From Perkinsus olseni (taxonomy: Eukaryota), in NCBI GenBank assembly GCA_013115125.1, contig JABANN010000345.1, positions 1 through 36,894 on the forward strand: DNA of 36,894 bases, given 5' to 3'. Position 1 is the first letter of the stretch. Every line of letters begins with the position of its first letter. Below are positions 36,423 through 36,894 of the stretch, piece by piece. The position numbers and the translations under genes are program-made. The notes below the pieces were generated by a model. That model had not been told where the DNA came from. It was given only the letters and a program-made list of their open reading frames with translations, and did no database searches.

Positions 36423-36894
36423 CAGGTTCATGTCTTCACGGTGGATATTGAGGAACTCGGGCCCCGGCAAATTTCCTTGTTCTTGCTATCACTCAATCAG
36501 ATTAGTGAATGCTATGTCACGTATCTGAAATAATTGGCTCATGCCTCGATCCGAGAGCTTGCGAGCATCGTTCAGTGCGACGAGGTCTGGCAGAAGTCGT
36601 TTGATATCCTGTGCAGGTTTTATTATCCAACAAGCTCACTGTTCTCACAAGATGGGCCAACGAAACTATGTTGAAGGCCAATGAGGATATCGAGAATACC
36701 ATGGCTGATACTGCACACTGGATCTCTCTACGCGAGTGGGTTGGTTCTAAATTTAGCTCCCTTGTCGTACTGTATGTAGCCCAGGAGGCCATTCGTGGGG
36801 GACCATCTTCCCGCACAGTAGTCTACACCATTTCCCGTGCAAGTTTGACACGTGAGCAGACAAGAATGACATTGTTGAATCCAAGAATGACAAT

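Noticed and set aside
1-36894. Spliced-leader RNA gene or SL relic (ACCGTAGCCAT...CTCAAG)
   Set aside because: By-eye search found only short TAGCCAT matches that do not extend; a computational scan would be more reliable.

Overview
Gene-dense, intron-rich eukaryotic DNA with mostly short GT-AG introns (many GTAG/GTGAG donors) and very short intergenic gaps. The style and gene content suggest a myzozoan alveolate, most plausibly Perkinsus (inference). The ORF track is mostly exon fragments, so genes were rebuilt by manual splicing. A + strand block (PIG-C, S9D glutamyl-endopeptidase-like peptidase, mitochondrial uL24, a GH15 trehalase/glucoamylase-like protein, F-box/LRR protein) converges on a - strand block (tetraspanin-like, UBE3D/HECT_2-like, UbiA prenyltransferase). 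Between the two blocks lies a duplicated tRNA-Val/tRNA-Leu cluster with a Tc1/mariner (Tc3-like) remnant. A second + strand block follows (TRM112, coiled-coil protein, TM9SF, SPEF2/CPC1-like). The most notable items are: a full-length, bacterial-type GH15 protein that appears to have lost its catalytic-acid and substrate-binding motifs; a tRNA-Leu paralogue carrying a Ser (UGA) anticodon; a lycopene-elongase-like UbiA enzyme; and an S9D peptidase with both an N-terminal presequence and a C-terminal PKL.
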